From positions 672,001-736,000 of the forward strand of contig NZ_JAQNDL010000001.1 of NCBI RefSeq assembly GCF_028368995.1: 64,000 bases of DNA, written 5' to 3'. Positions 38,787-48,728 of the stretch are shown here, piece after piece (the first letter of the stretch is position 1; the number at the start of each line of letters is the position of its first letter). This stretch comes from Nannocystis bainbridge. GTDB taxonomy: Bacteria; Myxococcota_A; Polyangia; Nannocystales; Nannocystaceae. Under the pieces are notes generated by a model that worked only from the letters and a program-made list of their open reading frames with translations, was not told the DNA's origin and made no database searches. The position numbers and the translations under genes are program-made.

Positions 38787-39557
38787 TCAGTCCCGCTTCT
38801 TGAGGCCCGCCAGCGCGCTGGCCTGGGCGCGCACGCTGTCGGGGGCCATGACGACCTGCATCGCCATGCGGTCGAGCTCCGGGTGCGCGGCGATCGCCGC
38901 CATCGTCGGCTGCTGCAGCGCCAGCTTGCTGGCCGCGTAGGCCGACGCGCTGTCGACCCCGATCCGCCGCGCCTCTGCCAGCGCCGTCGCCAGCAGCTGC
39001 TCGGGCGCGACCACGCGGTGCAGCACCCCGAGCCGCTCGGCCGCGGCGACGTCGTAGAGCTGGCCCGACAGCGTCATCGCGGCGGTCGCCGGCGTGCCGA
39101 TCGCGTAGCGCACCATCTCGATGTACGTCCACGGCATCGGGATCCCGACCGGCACCTCGTTGATGGCGAAGCGGGCCCGGCCCTCGGCGCCGACCCGCAC
39201 GTCGCACGCGACCGCCAGGATCAGCCCGCCGGCGAAGGTGTTGCCGTTGATCGCCGCGACCGTGCGCCGCGGCAGGCTGAACACCCGTAACAGACTGCGG
39301 CGGAATTCGTCGAACCACGCCTGCAGCTCGTCCATGTCGTTGCGGGCGAACCGCGGGAACACGTCCTCGAAGTCGAGCCCCGCCGAGAACGTCTTGCCTT
39401 CCGCCGTCAGCACCACCGGCAGCGCCGGGTGGTCGTGCTCGACCGCGTCGAACGCGGCGTGCAGGTCGGCGAAGAACTCCGGGTTCATGCGGTTGACCGG
39501 GTTCGAGCGCATCGTGACGATCACGGCGCCCTCGCTGCGCTCCACGCTCCACTTCAT
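38787..39557 (-). CDS. Enoyl-CoA hydratase/isomerase family protein
   Basis: Start MKWSVER overlaps upstream stop (ATGA); FSAGLD, AAINGNTFAGG, NEVPVGI. Confidence 0.88.
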   Translation of the reverse strand: MKWSVERSEGAVIVTMRSNPVNRMNPEFFADLHAAFDAVEHDHPALPVVLTAEGKTFSAGLDFEDVFPRFARNDMDELQAWFDEFRRSLLRVFSLPRRTVAAINGNTFAGGLILAVACDVRVGAEGRARFAINEVPVGIPMPWTYIEMVRYAIGTPATAAMTLSGQLYDVAAAERLGVLHRVVAPEQLLATALAEARRIGVDSASAYAASKLALQQPTMAAIAAHPELDRMAMQVVMAPDSVRAQASALAGLKKRD

Positions 39558-40420
39558 ACGAATGGCTCCCCGCGCTCGCTGGCGCCGGCTGTCCCTTGCG
39601 ACAGGTTGCTCGGCGTCTTCAGGTCCCACACCAGGCCGAGCGCCGCCCACAGGCGCAGCACGTACCAGCCGACGTCGAACTCCCACCACACGTGGCCCTG
39701 GCGGGCCGACGACGAGAACCGGTGATGATTGTTGTGAAACTCGCCGAGCGCCAGGACCCCGAGCGGCCAGTGGTTGCGGCTGAAGTCCTCGCAGGCGTAG
39801 CGGCGGTAGCCGCCCCAGGCGTGGCTGAACGACTGCACCCAGTGCGTGATCTCCCAGATCAGCACCGTCGGCAGCAGCCCGCCCCACAGCACGCCCTCCG
39901 CCCCCCGATGACAGTAGAGCCCGGCGCACATCGCCGCGAACGGCACGAAGTGCCAGGTGTCGAGCCAGCGCAATTCGGGGTAGCGCGCCAGGTCCGGGAT
40001 CGCCTCGAGGTGGGTCACGCGGTGGCGGCGGTCGAGGAACCACAGGTAATGCGAATAGAAGAACCCCTGGTAATGCGGCGAGTGCAGGTCGCGGCTGGTG
40101 TCGGCGTTGCGGTGGTGGCGGCGGTGCGTCTCGGCCCACCAGATCACCCCGCCCTGCAGGGTCGTGCTGCCGAGCAGCGCCAGCAGGAACTGGAACGGCC
40201 GCGACGTCTTGAACGCGCGGTGGGCGAAATATCGGTGGAACCCGACCGTCAGCGCGAACATCCGCGCCGCGAAGCAGGCGGCGAACAGCGCGAACGCCGG
40301 CCACGACAGCCCGGTGACGACCACCCCGAGGCACAGCGCGTGGACCAGCAGGTAGAAGCCCGCCGCCGACCACGAGAGCTGCGCCAGCGGCAGCGAAGCC
40401 TTGCGCCGGTCGTCTCGCAT
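39554..40420 (-). CDS. Acyl-CoA (delta-9-type) fatty acid desaturase
   Basis: His boxes HRYFAH, HRRHH, HNNHH. Confidence 0.92.
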   Translation of the reverse strand: MRDDRRKASLPLAQLSWSAAGFYLLVHALCLGVVVTGLSWPAFALFAACFAARMFALTVGFHRYFAHRAFKTSRPFQFLLALLGSTTLQGGVIWWAETHRRHHRNADTSRDLHSPHYQGFFYSHYLWFLDRRHRVTHLEAIPDLARYPELRWLDTWHFVPFAAMCAGLYCHRGAEGVLWGGLLPTVLIWEITHWVQSFSHAWGGYRRYACEDFSRNHWPLGVLALGEFHNNHHRFSSSARQGHVWWEFDVGWYVLRLWAALGLVWDLKTPSNLSQGTAGASERGEPFV

Positions 40421-40424
40421 CGCC

Positions 40425-41249
40425 TCAGCTCCCGGCCGCCTCGAGCGGCCCCGCGTCGCCCGGGCGCACCGCCGGCAGCGGCGCCCCCGGCCGCCACTTG
40501 CGGTCGTACACGTAGAGCTCGCGCGCCAGCCCGCACGCCGCCAGCGCGCGGATGACCGCCCAGCCGACGTCGAACTCCCACCAGCGGTTCGAGAACTTGG
40601 CCGAGCGCGGGAACCGGTGATGGTTGTTGTGAAGCTCCTCGCCGGCGATCACCAGCGCCAGCGGGACCACGTTGCGGCTGCCGTCGCGGGTCGCGTGATT
40701 GCGGTACCCCGCGTGGTGCCCGAGCCCGTTGATCACCCCGGCGCACAGCGGCATCCACATCAATTGCAGCACGAACCCCAGCAGCCCCAGCCCCGGCCCC
40801 AGCAGCCCGACATAGATGGCAGCCAGCAGCAGCAGCCCGAGGTTGCTGCGGCCCTCGTAGAGGCCCCGCTCGAGCCAATCGTCGGGGCAGTCGTGGCCGA
40901 ACCGCCGCAGCGTCGCCTCGTTGGTGCTCTCGCGGAAGTAATAGCGGTACCCGGCGAAGAAGATCTGCGCGATCCCGTGGACCACCGGCGAGTGTGGGTC
41001 GCCCTCGCGGTCGACGTAGGCGTGGTGCTTGCGGTGCACCGCCACCCACGCGCGCACCCGCGTGCCCGTGGTCAAGAAGATGAGGAAGCGGAACACGTGC
41101 GCCGGCAGCGGGTGCAGCGCGACCGCCCGGTGGGCCAGCGCGCGGTGGGCATAGACGCTGATGCTGATGTTGGCCAGCCAGCCGAACCCGACGCAAAGAA
41201 GGAGGACCTGGAGCACCGCGCCGATCCTTATCAGGCGCCGCCCGGGCAA
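40425..41249 (-). CDS. Fatty acid desaturase (start uncertain)
   Basis: His boxes HRALAH, HRKHH, HNNHH; DPHSP; WWEFDVGW. Confidence 0.9.
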   Translation of the reverse strand: MPGRRLIRIGAVLQVLLLCVGFGWLANISISVYAHRALAHRAVALHPLPAHVFRFLIFLTTGTRVRAWVAVHRKHHAYVDREGDPHSPVVHGIAQIFFAGYRYYFRESTNEATLRRFGHDCPDDWLERGLYEGRSNLGLLLLAAIYVGLLGPGLGLLGFVLQLMWMPLCAGVINGLGHHAGYRNHATRDGSRNVVPLALVIAGEELHNNHHRFPRSAKFSNRWWEFDVGWAVIRALAACGLARELYVYDRKWRPGAPLPAVRPGDAGPLEAAGS

Positions 41250-41306
41250 GTCAACGCCGCCCGCGCCCCGCGCCCCGCCGGCTCGCCCCGGCCCGCTTCA
41301 CCCCAT

Positions 41307-41342
41307 GACATGACCTTTGGGCCATGCCGCATCGCGCATGTC
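41307..41342. repeat. GACATGTC-type array, 14-bp period, 3 units
   Basis: CATG at 41309, 41323, 41337. Confidence 0.65.
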
Positions 41343-41348
41343 CCAAAG

Positions 41349-42209
41349 TTAACCTCGCGCCGCGTCCGCCCGCGGAGCGACCCGGGCGACCGCCCGCTCG
41401 ACCGCCGGCGGATCGATCACCGCCAGGTACAGCAGCACCATCGTCGCCGAGAACGTGTGGACTGGCAGCAGCACGTACAGCGCCGCGTGCAGCAGCACGC
41501 CCAGCGGCAGCAGCACGCGGTGCCAGCGGGGTCGCCACACCCCGATCGCCAGCGCGAACTCCAGGGCGACGATCGACGACGCCGCGATCGCCGAGGCGAT
41601 CGTCATAGCTGTCCCGAGAGGCAGGTCCGATCCGAAATAATAAAAGCCCGCGAGCTGCTCGAGCCGCGCCCCTGACAGGAAGCCTGGCTCGCACTTGTCG
41701 ATCGCGCTCCACAGGTAGATCGCCGACAGCTGCGCCGTCATCAGCCGCAGCCCCAGCAAGGGTCCGCGCTCGTCCGGCGCGGGCGCCCCGAGCCGACTGG
41801 CCCGCGCCAGCGCTCGCCCGCGATCGATCGACAGCGACCGCCCGCACGGCGTCAGCGCGCACAGCACCGTCGCCGACATCAGCAGGAAATGGTGGTGGTG
41901 GATCCACGCCGTGCGCCCGCCCGCGGCCCCGACCCCGAAGTACATCGTCGCCACCACGATCGCCGCCGTCGCCGTGGCCGCCCGCGTCCACAGGCCGACG
42001 AACATCAGGGCCGTCGCTGTGAAGAAGCCCAGCGACAGCGCCACCATGGCCGGCCCGTCGGCGTGGACCAGCACCATGTCCTCGCCCCAGCGGGCCCACA
42101 GCAGCAGCGCGAGGCCGATCCGCACCAGCGCCATCGGTACCGTCGAGCCCTCGGCCGCGGCCCACGCGACCAGGCGGGCCCACGCGGATTCACCGGTCTT
42201 CGTGGCCAC
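41349..42209 (-). CDS. HTTM-domain membrane protein (SdpB / vitamin-K carboxylase-like)
   Basis: ALVRIGLA, VGLWTR, HHHFL, SLSID, QLSAIYLWSAIDK, GVLLH. Confidence 0.8.
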   Translation of the reverse strand: MATKTGESAWARLVAWAAAEGSTVPMALVRIGLALLLWARWGEDMVLVHADGPAMVALSLGFFTATALMFVGLWTRAATATAAIVVATMYFGVGAAGGRTAWIHHHHFLLMSATVLCALTPCGRSLSIDRGRALARASRLGAPAPDERGPLLGLRLMTAQLSAIYLWSAIDKCEPGFLSGARLEQLAGFYYFGSDLPLGTAMTIASAIAASSIVALEFALAIGVWRPRWHRVLLPLGVLLHAALYVLLPVHTFSATMVLLYLAVIDPPAVERAVARVAPRADAARG

Positions 42210-42654
42210 GCGGCCGCGTCCCCGGGATCTGCGGCCGCGGCGGCAGCGGCCGGCACAGGTCGTGTTCGCCGGCGTGCAGCAGCACCCAGCCGCGCATCGT
42301 GGCGATGCGGGCCCGCGCGCGCAGGTCGACCGACCCCAGGCGCGCGCACAGCTCGCCTGCCACGCGCATGAGCCCCGCCTCGCCCGTCATCGTCCGCAAC
42401 CACCGCGGCGCCGTCGCTCGCTCGCGGCCGAGCGCCGCGTAGCGATCGATCGGCGCCTCGCGCCCTTGCCCGTCGCGGACGCTGAACTCCGCGACCACCA
42501 GCCCGACACCGACCTCGTTGAACAGCTCCCAGTCGCGCACGAACCGGCTGCGCCCGCCGAACAGCTGGCGATACGCCGGGATCAGCAACAGCCCCGCCGC
42601 GACCGCGACGAACACGATCGCCCGCGCCCGCCTCGCCGTCGTCGTGGTCGCCAC
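42190..42654 (-). CDS. Small single-TM partner of HTTM protein (SdpA/DUF5819-like)
   Basis: N-terminal TM, W.LF motif (RDWELFNE), two Cys; overlaps HTTM start. Confidence 0.6.
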   Translation of the reverse strand: MATTTTARRARAIVFVAVAAGLLLIPAYRQLFGGRSRFVRDWELFNEVGVGLVVAEFSVRDGQGREAPIDRYAALGRERATAPRWLRTMTGEAGLMRVAGELCARLGSVDLRARARIATMRGWVLLHAGEHDLCRPLPPRPQIPGTRPRGHEDR

Positions 42655-42847
42655 ACCACGACCGTAACAGATCCTCCGACCTCGCCGCGCGCTGACGGGC
42701 CTCGCACCGGCCCCATCCGCGAGCGACCGCCGCGGCTTGCAATCGCGCCTGTGCTGCGCCGCCCTCCTCGGCCCTCGCGTTGACGGCTCGCCGGACTGCT
42801 GGCCATCTCCCTCGGAGGGGCACGTGCTCGCCCCGGTCGAGACCTCT

Positions 42848-43702
42848 ATGCCGACACGTCGCTCGCCGCTCCTCGTCCCGCTGGTCCTCTTCGCCTGCAC
42901 CGATCGCCCGCTCGGCGAGACCGAAGCCAGCACCGCCGGGCCGAACACCAGCGAATCGCCGCCTGCCACCGGCACCACCGACGACCCGCCGGGCACCGCG
43001 ACCACGCCGACCTCCACCACGACGTCGCCGCTGCCGACCACCGCGACCACCGACGCGACCACGGCCACCACGATCGATCCCGGCGCCACCACGACCGTCG
43101 ATCCGAGCGCCACCACGGCCGTCGATCCCAGCACTGGCACCACCGTCGATCCCGGCGGCACGACCGTCGATCCCGGCGGCACCACCGACGATCCGCAGCC
43201 GAAGCTCGACCTCTTCGAACCGGAGCCGACCTCCGGCCTGTTCGGTTGCACCCTCGACGCTCCCGCCGGCACCATGGTCAGCGGCAGCTCGACGCTCGGC
43301 CCATTCGCCGCCCAGCGCGCCTATTTCGGCTTCGACACCCTCGGGGAGGAGCCGTACTCGCCGCGGCTCCTGTTCGTCTCGCCCGCCGCCGATCCGGCCG
43401 TCGAGGTACAGCAGCTCAATGGCAGCACCGGCCCGATCCTCCACGGCTTCGCGTGGAGCGATCCGTTCGAAAAAGGCGGCTGGATCGGCCAGTGGCCGCT
43501 CTCGGCCTACGTCTTCGCGGAGGGCATGGTGGGTGACATCGCCCGGCCCGAGACCGTAGTCATCGACGCGCGGCTCGGCAACTGGGACGCGCACGATCCC
43601 GCCGATCCGCCCCGGCTCGTCGGCAGCCTGCAGGGCGGGGTCTCCGGCCCCTTCGACGCCGTGTTCTGCGACAAGCTGGTGGCGATCATCATCCCCGAGT
43701 GA
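42848..43702 (+). CDS. Lipoprotein with TTVDP repeat stalk
   Basis: LVLFAC lipobox; six T.[VID]DP repeats; globular C-terminus. Confidence 0.8.
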   Translation: MPTRRSPLLVPLVLFACTDRPLGETEASTAGPNTSESPPATGTTDDPPGTATTPTSTTTSPLPTTATTDATTATTIDPGATTTVDPSATTAVDPSTGTTVDPGGTTVDPGGTTDDPQPKLDLFEPEPTSGLFGCTLDAPAGTMVSGSSTLGPFAAQRAYFGFDTLGEEPYSPRLLFVSPAADPAVEVQQLNGSTGPILHGFAWSDPFEKGGWIGQWPLSAYVFAEGMVGDIARPETVVIDARLGNWDAHDPADPPRLVGSLQGGVSGPFDAVFCDKLVAIIIPE

Positions 43703-43723
43703 GCCGCCCGCGAGCTTCGGCGC

Positions 43724-43745
43724 GACATGGTCTTCGGGACATGTC
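43724..43745. repeat. GACATGTC-type pair, 14-bp period
   Basis: GACATGGT-CTTCGG-GACATGTC between convergent genes. Confidence 0.55.
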
Positions 43746-44466
43746 AGTCGAGGTCCCAGTCCCAGGAGAAGCTGGCCAGCCACTCGAGGAACCCGTCGGA
43801 CTCTCGCCGCGGATCGCTCTCGGCCGAGCAGTGAAAGATCCGCCCGGCGCCGGCCGGCGACAGATCGATGCAGCTTACGGAGTCCTCGATGCCGCCGAGC
43901 ACGAACCACTGCGCATCGAGCAGATCGGCGAGGTACCGCTGCTGCTCGCGGATGAACGCGAGCGGCCACAGGTACGGGAAATCGTCGCCTGCGCTGCCGT
44001 CGTGGCGCCGGTACCAGGCCCGCACGTCCTCGGGCAGCGTCACGCCGAGCGCCTTCTCGGTGCGCGCGATCTCCCGCGCCGAGGCGCCGTCCCGCAGCTC
44101 GACCCCGACCTCCTCGGCGCGCGCCTCGACCTCGACGAACACCTCCTCGGCCGTGCGCGGCGCGACCGGCTGCTTCGCGGCCTTCTTGCTCGCCGACTTT
44201 GCCGTCTTGCCCGCGGCCGACTTCGCCGTCTTCTTGCTCACCGACTTCGCGGTCTTCTTGCTCGCCGACTTCGCGGCCTTCTTGCTCGCCGACTTCGCCG
44301 GCTTCTTCGCCGTCTTGCCCGCGGCCGCTTTCACCGGCTTCTTCGTCCCCGGCTTCGCGGCCGTCGTGCTCGCCGACTTCGCAGTCTTCTTGCTCGCTGA
44401 CGGCGCCGAACGGGTGATCTTCCTGGCAGCGGGCTTGGTGGTCGTCACGCTCTGACAGCGTCCCAT
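43744..44466 (-). CDS. SMI1/KNR4 (SUKH) domain protein with histone-H1-like Lys/Ala N-terminus
   Basis: KKxAKSAS repeats (24 bp); GASAREIARTEKALGVTLPEDVRAWYRRHDG, IDLSP..GRI, FLEWL. Confidence 0.85.
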   Translation of the reverse strand: MGRCQSVTTTKPAARKITRSAPSASKKTAKSASTTAAKPGTKKPVKAAAGKTAKKPAKSASKKAAKSASKKTAKSVSKKTAKSAAGKTAKSASKKAAKQPVAPRTAEEVFVEVEARAEEVGVELRDGASAREIARTEKALGVTLPEDVRAWYRRHDGSAGDDFPYLWPLAFIREQQRYLADLLDAQWFVLGGIEDSVSCIDLSPAGAGRIFHCSAESDPRRESDGFLEWLASFSWDWDLD

Positions 44467-44556
44467 CTCCTCGCGCGGGTTTCAATCCGGCCGCGCGCCG
44501 AGACGCGAAGCATCACCACCCGCGGCGCTGCCCCGGCGCGTCGGCGCGTCCGCGCT

Positions 44557-45060
44557 TCAGAACCGCAGCCGCAGCCCGCCCGGCCCGAGCCCGAGCTGCG
44601 GCGCTCGTTCGGGCATTCGTTGATACAGCAAACGGTCGGTGAAGATCGCCGCCGGCACCAACCCTGCCAATGCCACTGCTGCGAAGATCGGCGCCGTGAT
44701 CTCGGCCCAGCGGCGATCGGGGCAGTCGCGCACGTAGCTGCCCGTGTGCGTGTCGCCGCAGGTGCCGAGGAACGCCAGCGGAACGGCCGTGCCGATCAGC
44801 CCCACGATCGCCACCGTCCACGACACGGCGGCCTGGATCTTCACCTTGCGCCGCTGCGCCTGCCACTGCTTCTCCGGGATCACCGGCGGCAGCAGGTCGG
44901 GCGGCGTGATCGCCACCATCGGCGTCGGCACTGTCCGCGGCGTCGGCTCGCCCTCATGATCCGGGCGCACCATCTCGCGGTCCTCCGGCGGAGCGCCGCG
45001 CGCCGCCACCGGCGCCATGAGAGCGACGCCGATCGCCAGCGCCCACCTGCTCGCCCGCAT
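44557..45060 (-). CDS. Hypothetical exported/membrane protein
   Basis: Signal peptide MRASRWALAIGVAL; two TM segments; ends GPGGLRLRF; TGATG overlap with upstream gene. Confidence 0.7.
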   Translation of the reverse strand: MRASRWALAIGVALMAPVAARGAPPEDREMVRPDHEGEPTPRTVPTPMVAITPPDLLPPVIPEKQWQAQRRKVKIQAAVSWTVAIVGLIGTAVPLAFLGTCGDTHTGSYVRDCPDRRWAEITAPIFAAVALAGLVPAAIFTDRLLYQRMPERAPQLGLGPGGLRLRF

Positions 45061-46274
45061 CACGACTCCGGCCGCAGCTCGACCTTCAGCCACCCTGGCT
45101 GGCGCAGGTCGAACGCCTTGTAGGCCGCGATGACGTCGGTCAGCGGCTCGACGCGGGTGATGAATTGCAGCGGGTCGACGGTGCCGCGCTGGACCAGGTC
45201 GAGCAGCTTCGGGATGTATTTGCGGTGGTGGCAATTGCCCATCTTCACCGTCAGGTTCTTGTTCATCGCCTGGCCGATCGGGAAGAACTTCGCCGTCGGC
45301 GGATACACCCCGACGATCGACAGCGTGCCCGCCTTGGCCAGCGCCTCGACCGCCCACTCGAGCGCCTGCGACGGCGCGTCACCGGGGTGCCAGTGCTCGC
45401 CGTCGGGCCTGGCGTGCGGCGCCACGGCCTCGAGCTCGCGCGCGTGCTGGTCGTACTTGCGCTCGGCCTCGGCGCGGGCGGCCCCGCGGTGCGCGTGGCA
45501 GGCGTCGACGCCCACGGCATCGATCGCCCGGTCGGGCCCGATCCCGCCGGTCAGCGCGCGCAGCGTCTGGACCGGGTGATCGACCTCGAAGTTGATGATC
45601 TCGGCCCCCTGGGCCTGCGCCATGGCCAGGCGCGTCGGCTCGTTGTCGACCGCGAAGACCCGCCCCGCGCCCATCAGCTTGGCGCTCAGGATCGCAAACT
45701 GCCCGACCGGCCCGCAGCCGAACACCACCACCGTATCGCCGTCCTTGATCTCCGCATATTCGGCGCCCATGTAGCCGGTCGGGAAGATGTCCGAGAGCAG
45801 CAGCGCCTGGTCGTCGCTGACCTCGTCGGGCAGCTTGACCAGGTTGACCGCCGCGTACGGGATGCGCGCCTTCTCGGCCTGCAGCCCGTGGAACGGCCCC
45901 GTCTCGGTCGGACCGCCGTAGAACGCGGTGCCCGCCTGCGACCCCTTGGGGTTGGCGCGGTCGCACTGCGCGAAGTAACCGGCGCGGCAGTACGAGCAAT
46001 GACCGCAGGCGATCGTCGAAGGGATCACCACGCGATCGCCGACGCGGAAGTTGCGGACCTCCTTGCCCACCGCCTCGATCACGCCGACCCCCTCGTGGCC
46101 GAGGATCGTGCCCGGCTGCATGCCCGGCATGCTGCCGCGGATCATGTGGAGGTCGGTCCCGCAGATCGCGCTGGCGGTCAGCCGCACGATCGCGTCGGTT
46201 GGTTCGCGCAGCTTCGGTTCGGCGACATCCTCGAGGCGGATGTCCCCCACATCACGAAATACGACGGCTCGCAT
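45060..46274 (-). CDS. Zinc-dependent alcohol/formaldehyde dehydrogenase (MDR family)
   Basis: ICGTDLH, GHEGVG, CGHCSYC..C, LSDIFPTG, GCGPVG. Confidence 0.93.
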   Translation of the reverse strand: MRAVVFRDVGDIRLEDVAEPKLREPTDAIVRLTASAICGTDLHMIRGSMPGMQPGTILGHEGVGVIEAVGKEVRNFRVGDRVVIPSTIACGHCSYCRAGYFAQCDRANPKGSQAGTAFYGGPTETGPFHGLQAEKARIPYAAVNLVKLPDEVSDDQALLLSDIFPTGYMGAEYAEIKDGDTVVVFGCGPVGQFAILSAKLMGAGRVFAVDNEPTRLAMAQAQGAEIINFEVDHPVQTLRALTGGIGPDRAIDAVGVDACHAHRGAARAEAERKYDQHARELEAVAPHARPDGEHWHPGDAPSQALEWAVEALAKAGTLSIVGVYPPTAKFFPIGQAMNKNLTVKMGNCHHRKYIPKLLDLVQRGTVDPLQFITRVEPLTDVIAAYKAFDLRQPGWLKVELRPES

Positions 46275-46537
46275 CGCTGCGCTTATGCGACGTTTCGCCC
46301 GCGGGTCAACCGACCGGCCGCGGGCCTCGACGTTGCACGAGGTTGCGCGAGCCACCTTGTCGAGACCGCTGCCGGCGAATGCTTCGACCGGGCGGTGGCG
46401 GCGCGAGCGTGGGCTTGCGCCCGCCTCGGCAGCGCCAGCCCCGTGATTCGCAGTTCCCCACCGAGCGCGTGGCCCGCGACGCCAGCCGCCGCCATGGTGC
46501 CCTCGTGGAGGAGCGCGGCGGGGTGGCTGCGAGCGCG

Positions 46538-48712
46538 ATGACCAAGCCCGCGGACGACGAAGAGGACCGCTTCCAGATCCTCGCCACCGCCTCGCTCACC
46601 CTGAGCGGCGCCCGCGTGCTCAAGCAGGGCGACACCTTCGCCGTGTTCGACCGCTTCGGCGACATCCGCCCGTCCGGTGCCTTCGGCGCCCAGGGCCTCT
46701 ACCACGACGGCGCCCGCTTCCTCTCGGCCCTGCGCCTGCGCCTCGGCGGCCAGCCGCTCCCGCTGCTCAGCTCGACCGTCGGCGCCGACAACATGGTGTT
46801 CGTCGTCGACATGATGAACCCCGAACTCCCGCCCGGCGGCGACGTCGTCGTCCATCACGGCACCCTGCACGTCGCGCGCGAGAAGTTCCTGTGGCAGGCC
46901 GCCTGCCACGAGCGGATCCACGTCACCAACTACGGCCCCGACGCGGTCGAGCTCGAGCTCGAGCTCGCCTTCGCCGCCGACTTCGCCGACGTGTTCGAGG
47001 TCCGCGGCACCCGCCGCGACCGTCGCGGGGCCATGCATGCACCTGTCCTCGGGGACAGCTCCGTCGAGCTCGCCTACACCGGCCTCGACGGCCTCGTGCG
47101 GCGCACCCGACTCGGCTTCGACCCCGCGCCCGCGGTCTGCGCCCCCGACCGCGCGCTGTACCGGCTTCACCTCCCCGCCCGGGTCACCCAGGAGCTCCAC
47201 GTCACCGTCGCCTGCGAGCTCGGCGACGACGAGCCCGCCGCCTGCCCGCGCTTCGCCGTCGCCCACGCCCGCGCGGCCGAGCGCCTGCACGAGCTCGCCG
47301 CCCGCGACTGCACCATCGAGAGCTCGAGCGAGCAGTTCGACGACTGGATCCGCCGCTCGCTCGCCGATCTGCGGATGATGATCACGCGCACGCCCGCCGG
47401 CCTGGTCCCGCACGCCGGCGTGCCGTGGTTCTGCGCCCCGTTCGGGCGCGACGCGATCGTCACCGCCCTCGCGGCGATGTGGGTCAGCCCCGACCTCGCG
47501 CGCGGCGTCCTGCGCTTCCTCGCCGCCACCCAGGCCGATCGTGCGGACCCGGCCACCGACGCCGAGCCCGGCAAGATCGTCCACGAGATCCGCGGCGGCG
47601 AAATGGCCACGCTCGGCGAGATCCCGTTCCGCCGCTACTACGGCAGCGTCGACGCCACCCCGCTGTTCGTCGTGCTCGCCGCCGCCTACCACGAGCACAC
47701 CGGCGACGGCGCGACGATCGCCGAGCTGTGGCCGCAGGTCGAGCGCGCCCTGCTGTGGATCGAGCGCCACGGCGACTGCGACGGCGACGGCTTCGTCGAG
47801 TACGGCCGCCGCGCCGAGCACGGCCTGGTCCATCACGGCTGGAAGGACTCGCACGACGCCGTGTTCCACGCCGACGGCAGCCCGGCCGAGGGCCCGATCG
47901 CGCTGTGCGAGGTCCAGGGCTACGTGTACGCCGCGTACCAGGGCGGGGCGCGGCTGGCCGAGCTGCTCGGCGACGAGGCCCGGGCCCGGGTCTTGCGGGC
48001 CCGCGCCGAGCGCCTGCGGGCCCGCTTCGACGCCGCGTTCTGGTGCGAGGAGCTCGAGGGCTACGCGCTCGCGCTCGACGGCGGCAAGCGGCCGTGTCGC
48101 GTGCGCACCTCGAACGCCGGCCAGTGTCTGTTCAGCGGCATCGCCCTGCCCGAGCGCGCGCCTCGCCTCGCCGACCGCCTGCTCGCCGACGACATGTTCT
48201 CCGGCTGGGGCATCCGCACCGTCAGCGCGTGCGAGCGGCGCTACAACCCGATGTCGTACCACAACGGCTCGATCTGGCCCCACGACAACGCGCTTATCGC
48301 CCTCGGCCTGGCGCGCTACAACCTCAAGGACCACGTCCTGCGCGTCCTGCAGGCCATGTTCGAGGCCTCGGGCGCCGCCGAACTCAGCCGCCTGCCCGAG
48401 CTGTTCTGCGGCTTCCCCCGCCGCGACGGCGCCGGCCCGACGATGTACCCCGTCGCCTGCTCGCCGCAGGCGTGGGCCGCCACCGCCCCGCTGCTGCTGC
48501 TGCAGGCCGCCCTCGGCATGCAGGTCGAGGGCGCCGAGGGCCGCGTCCTCTTCCTCCGCTCCGCCCTGCCCCCCGCCCTCGAGCGCGTCTCGATCCGCAA
48601 CCTCCGCGTCGGCGCCGGCACCATCGACCTCGCCCTCCATCGCCACCCCGAAGACGTCGGCATCCACATCCTCGGCCGCCGCGGCCCCGTCGAGATCGTC
48701 GCCGTCAAGTGA
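46538..48712 (+). CDS. Amylo-alpha-1,6-glucosidase (glycogen debranching family)
   Basis: LKQGDTFAVFD, AGVPWF..FGRD, AEPGKIVHE, YYGSVDATPLF, GWKDS, YHNGSIWPHDN, CSPQAWA. Confidence 0.92.
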   Translation: MTKPADDEEDRFQILATASLTLSGARVLKQGDTFAVFDRFGDIRPSGAFGAQGLYHDGARFLSALRLRLGGQPLPLLSSTVGADNMVFVVDMMNPELPPGGDVVVHHGTLHVAREKFLWQAACHERIHVTNYGPDAVELELELAFAADFADVFEVRGTRRDRRGAMHAPVLGDSSVELAYTGLDGLVRRTRLGFDPAPAVCAPDRALYRLHLPARVTQELHVTVACELGDDEPAACPRFAVAHARAAERLHELAARDCTIESSSEQFDDWIRRSLADLRMMITRTPAGLVPHAGVPWFCAPFGRDAIVTALAAMWVSPDLARGVLRFLAATQADRADPATDAEPGKIVHEIRGGEMATLGEIPFRRYYGSVDATPLFVVLAAAYHEHTGDGATIAELWPQVERALLWIERHGDCDGDGFVEYGRRAEHGLVHHGWKDSHDAVFHADGSPAEGPIALCEVQGYVYAAYQGGARLAELLGDEARARVLRARAERLRARFDAAFWCEELEGYALALDGGKRPCRVRTSNAGQCLFSGIALPERAPRLADRLLADDMFSGWGIRTVSACERRYNPMSYHNGSIWPHDNALIALGLARYNLKDHVLRVLQAMFEASGAAELSRLPELFCGFPRRDGAGPTMYPVACSPQAWAATAPLLLLQAALGMQVEGAEGRVLFLRSALPPALERVSIRNLRVGAGTIDLALHRHPEDVGIHILGRRGPVEIVAVK

Positions 48713-48728
48713 GGCGCGCTGACGAAGA

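Noticed and set aside
30587-47060. GACATGTC-like 14-bp pairs inside CDSs (30589/30603, 47042/47056)
   Set aside because: Only two degenerate units each; cannot be told from chance without genome statistics
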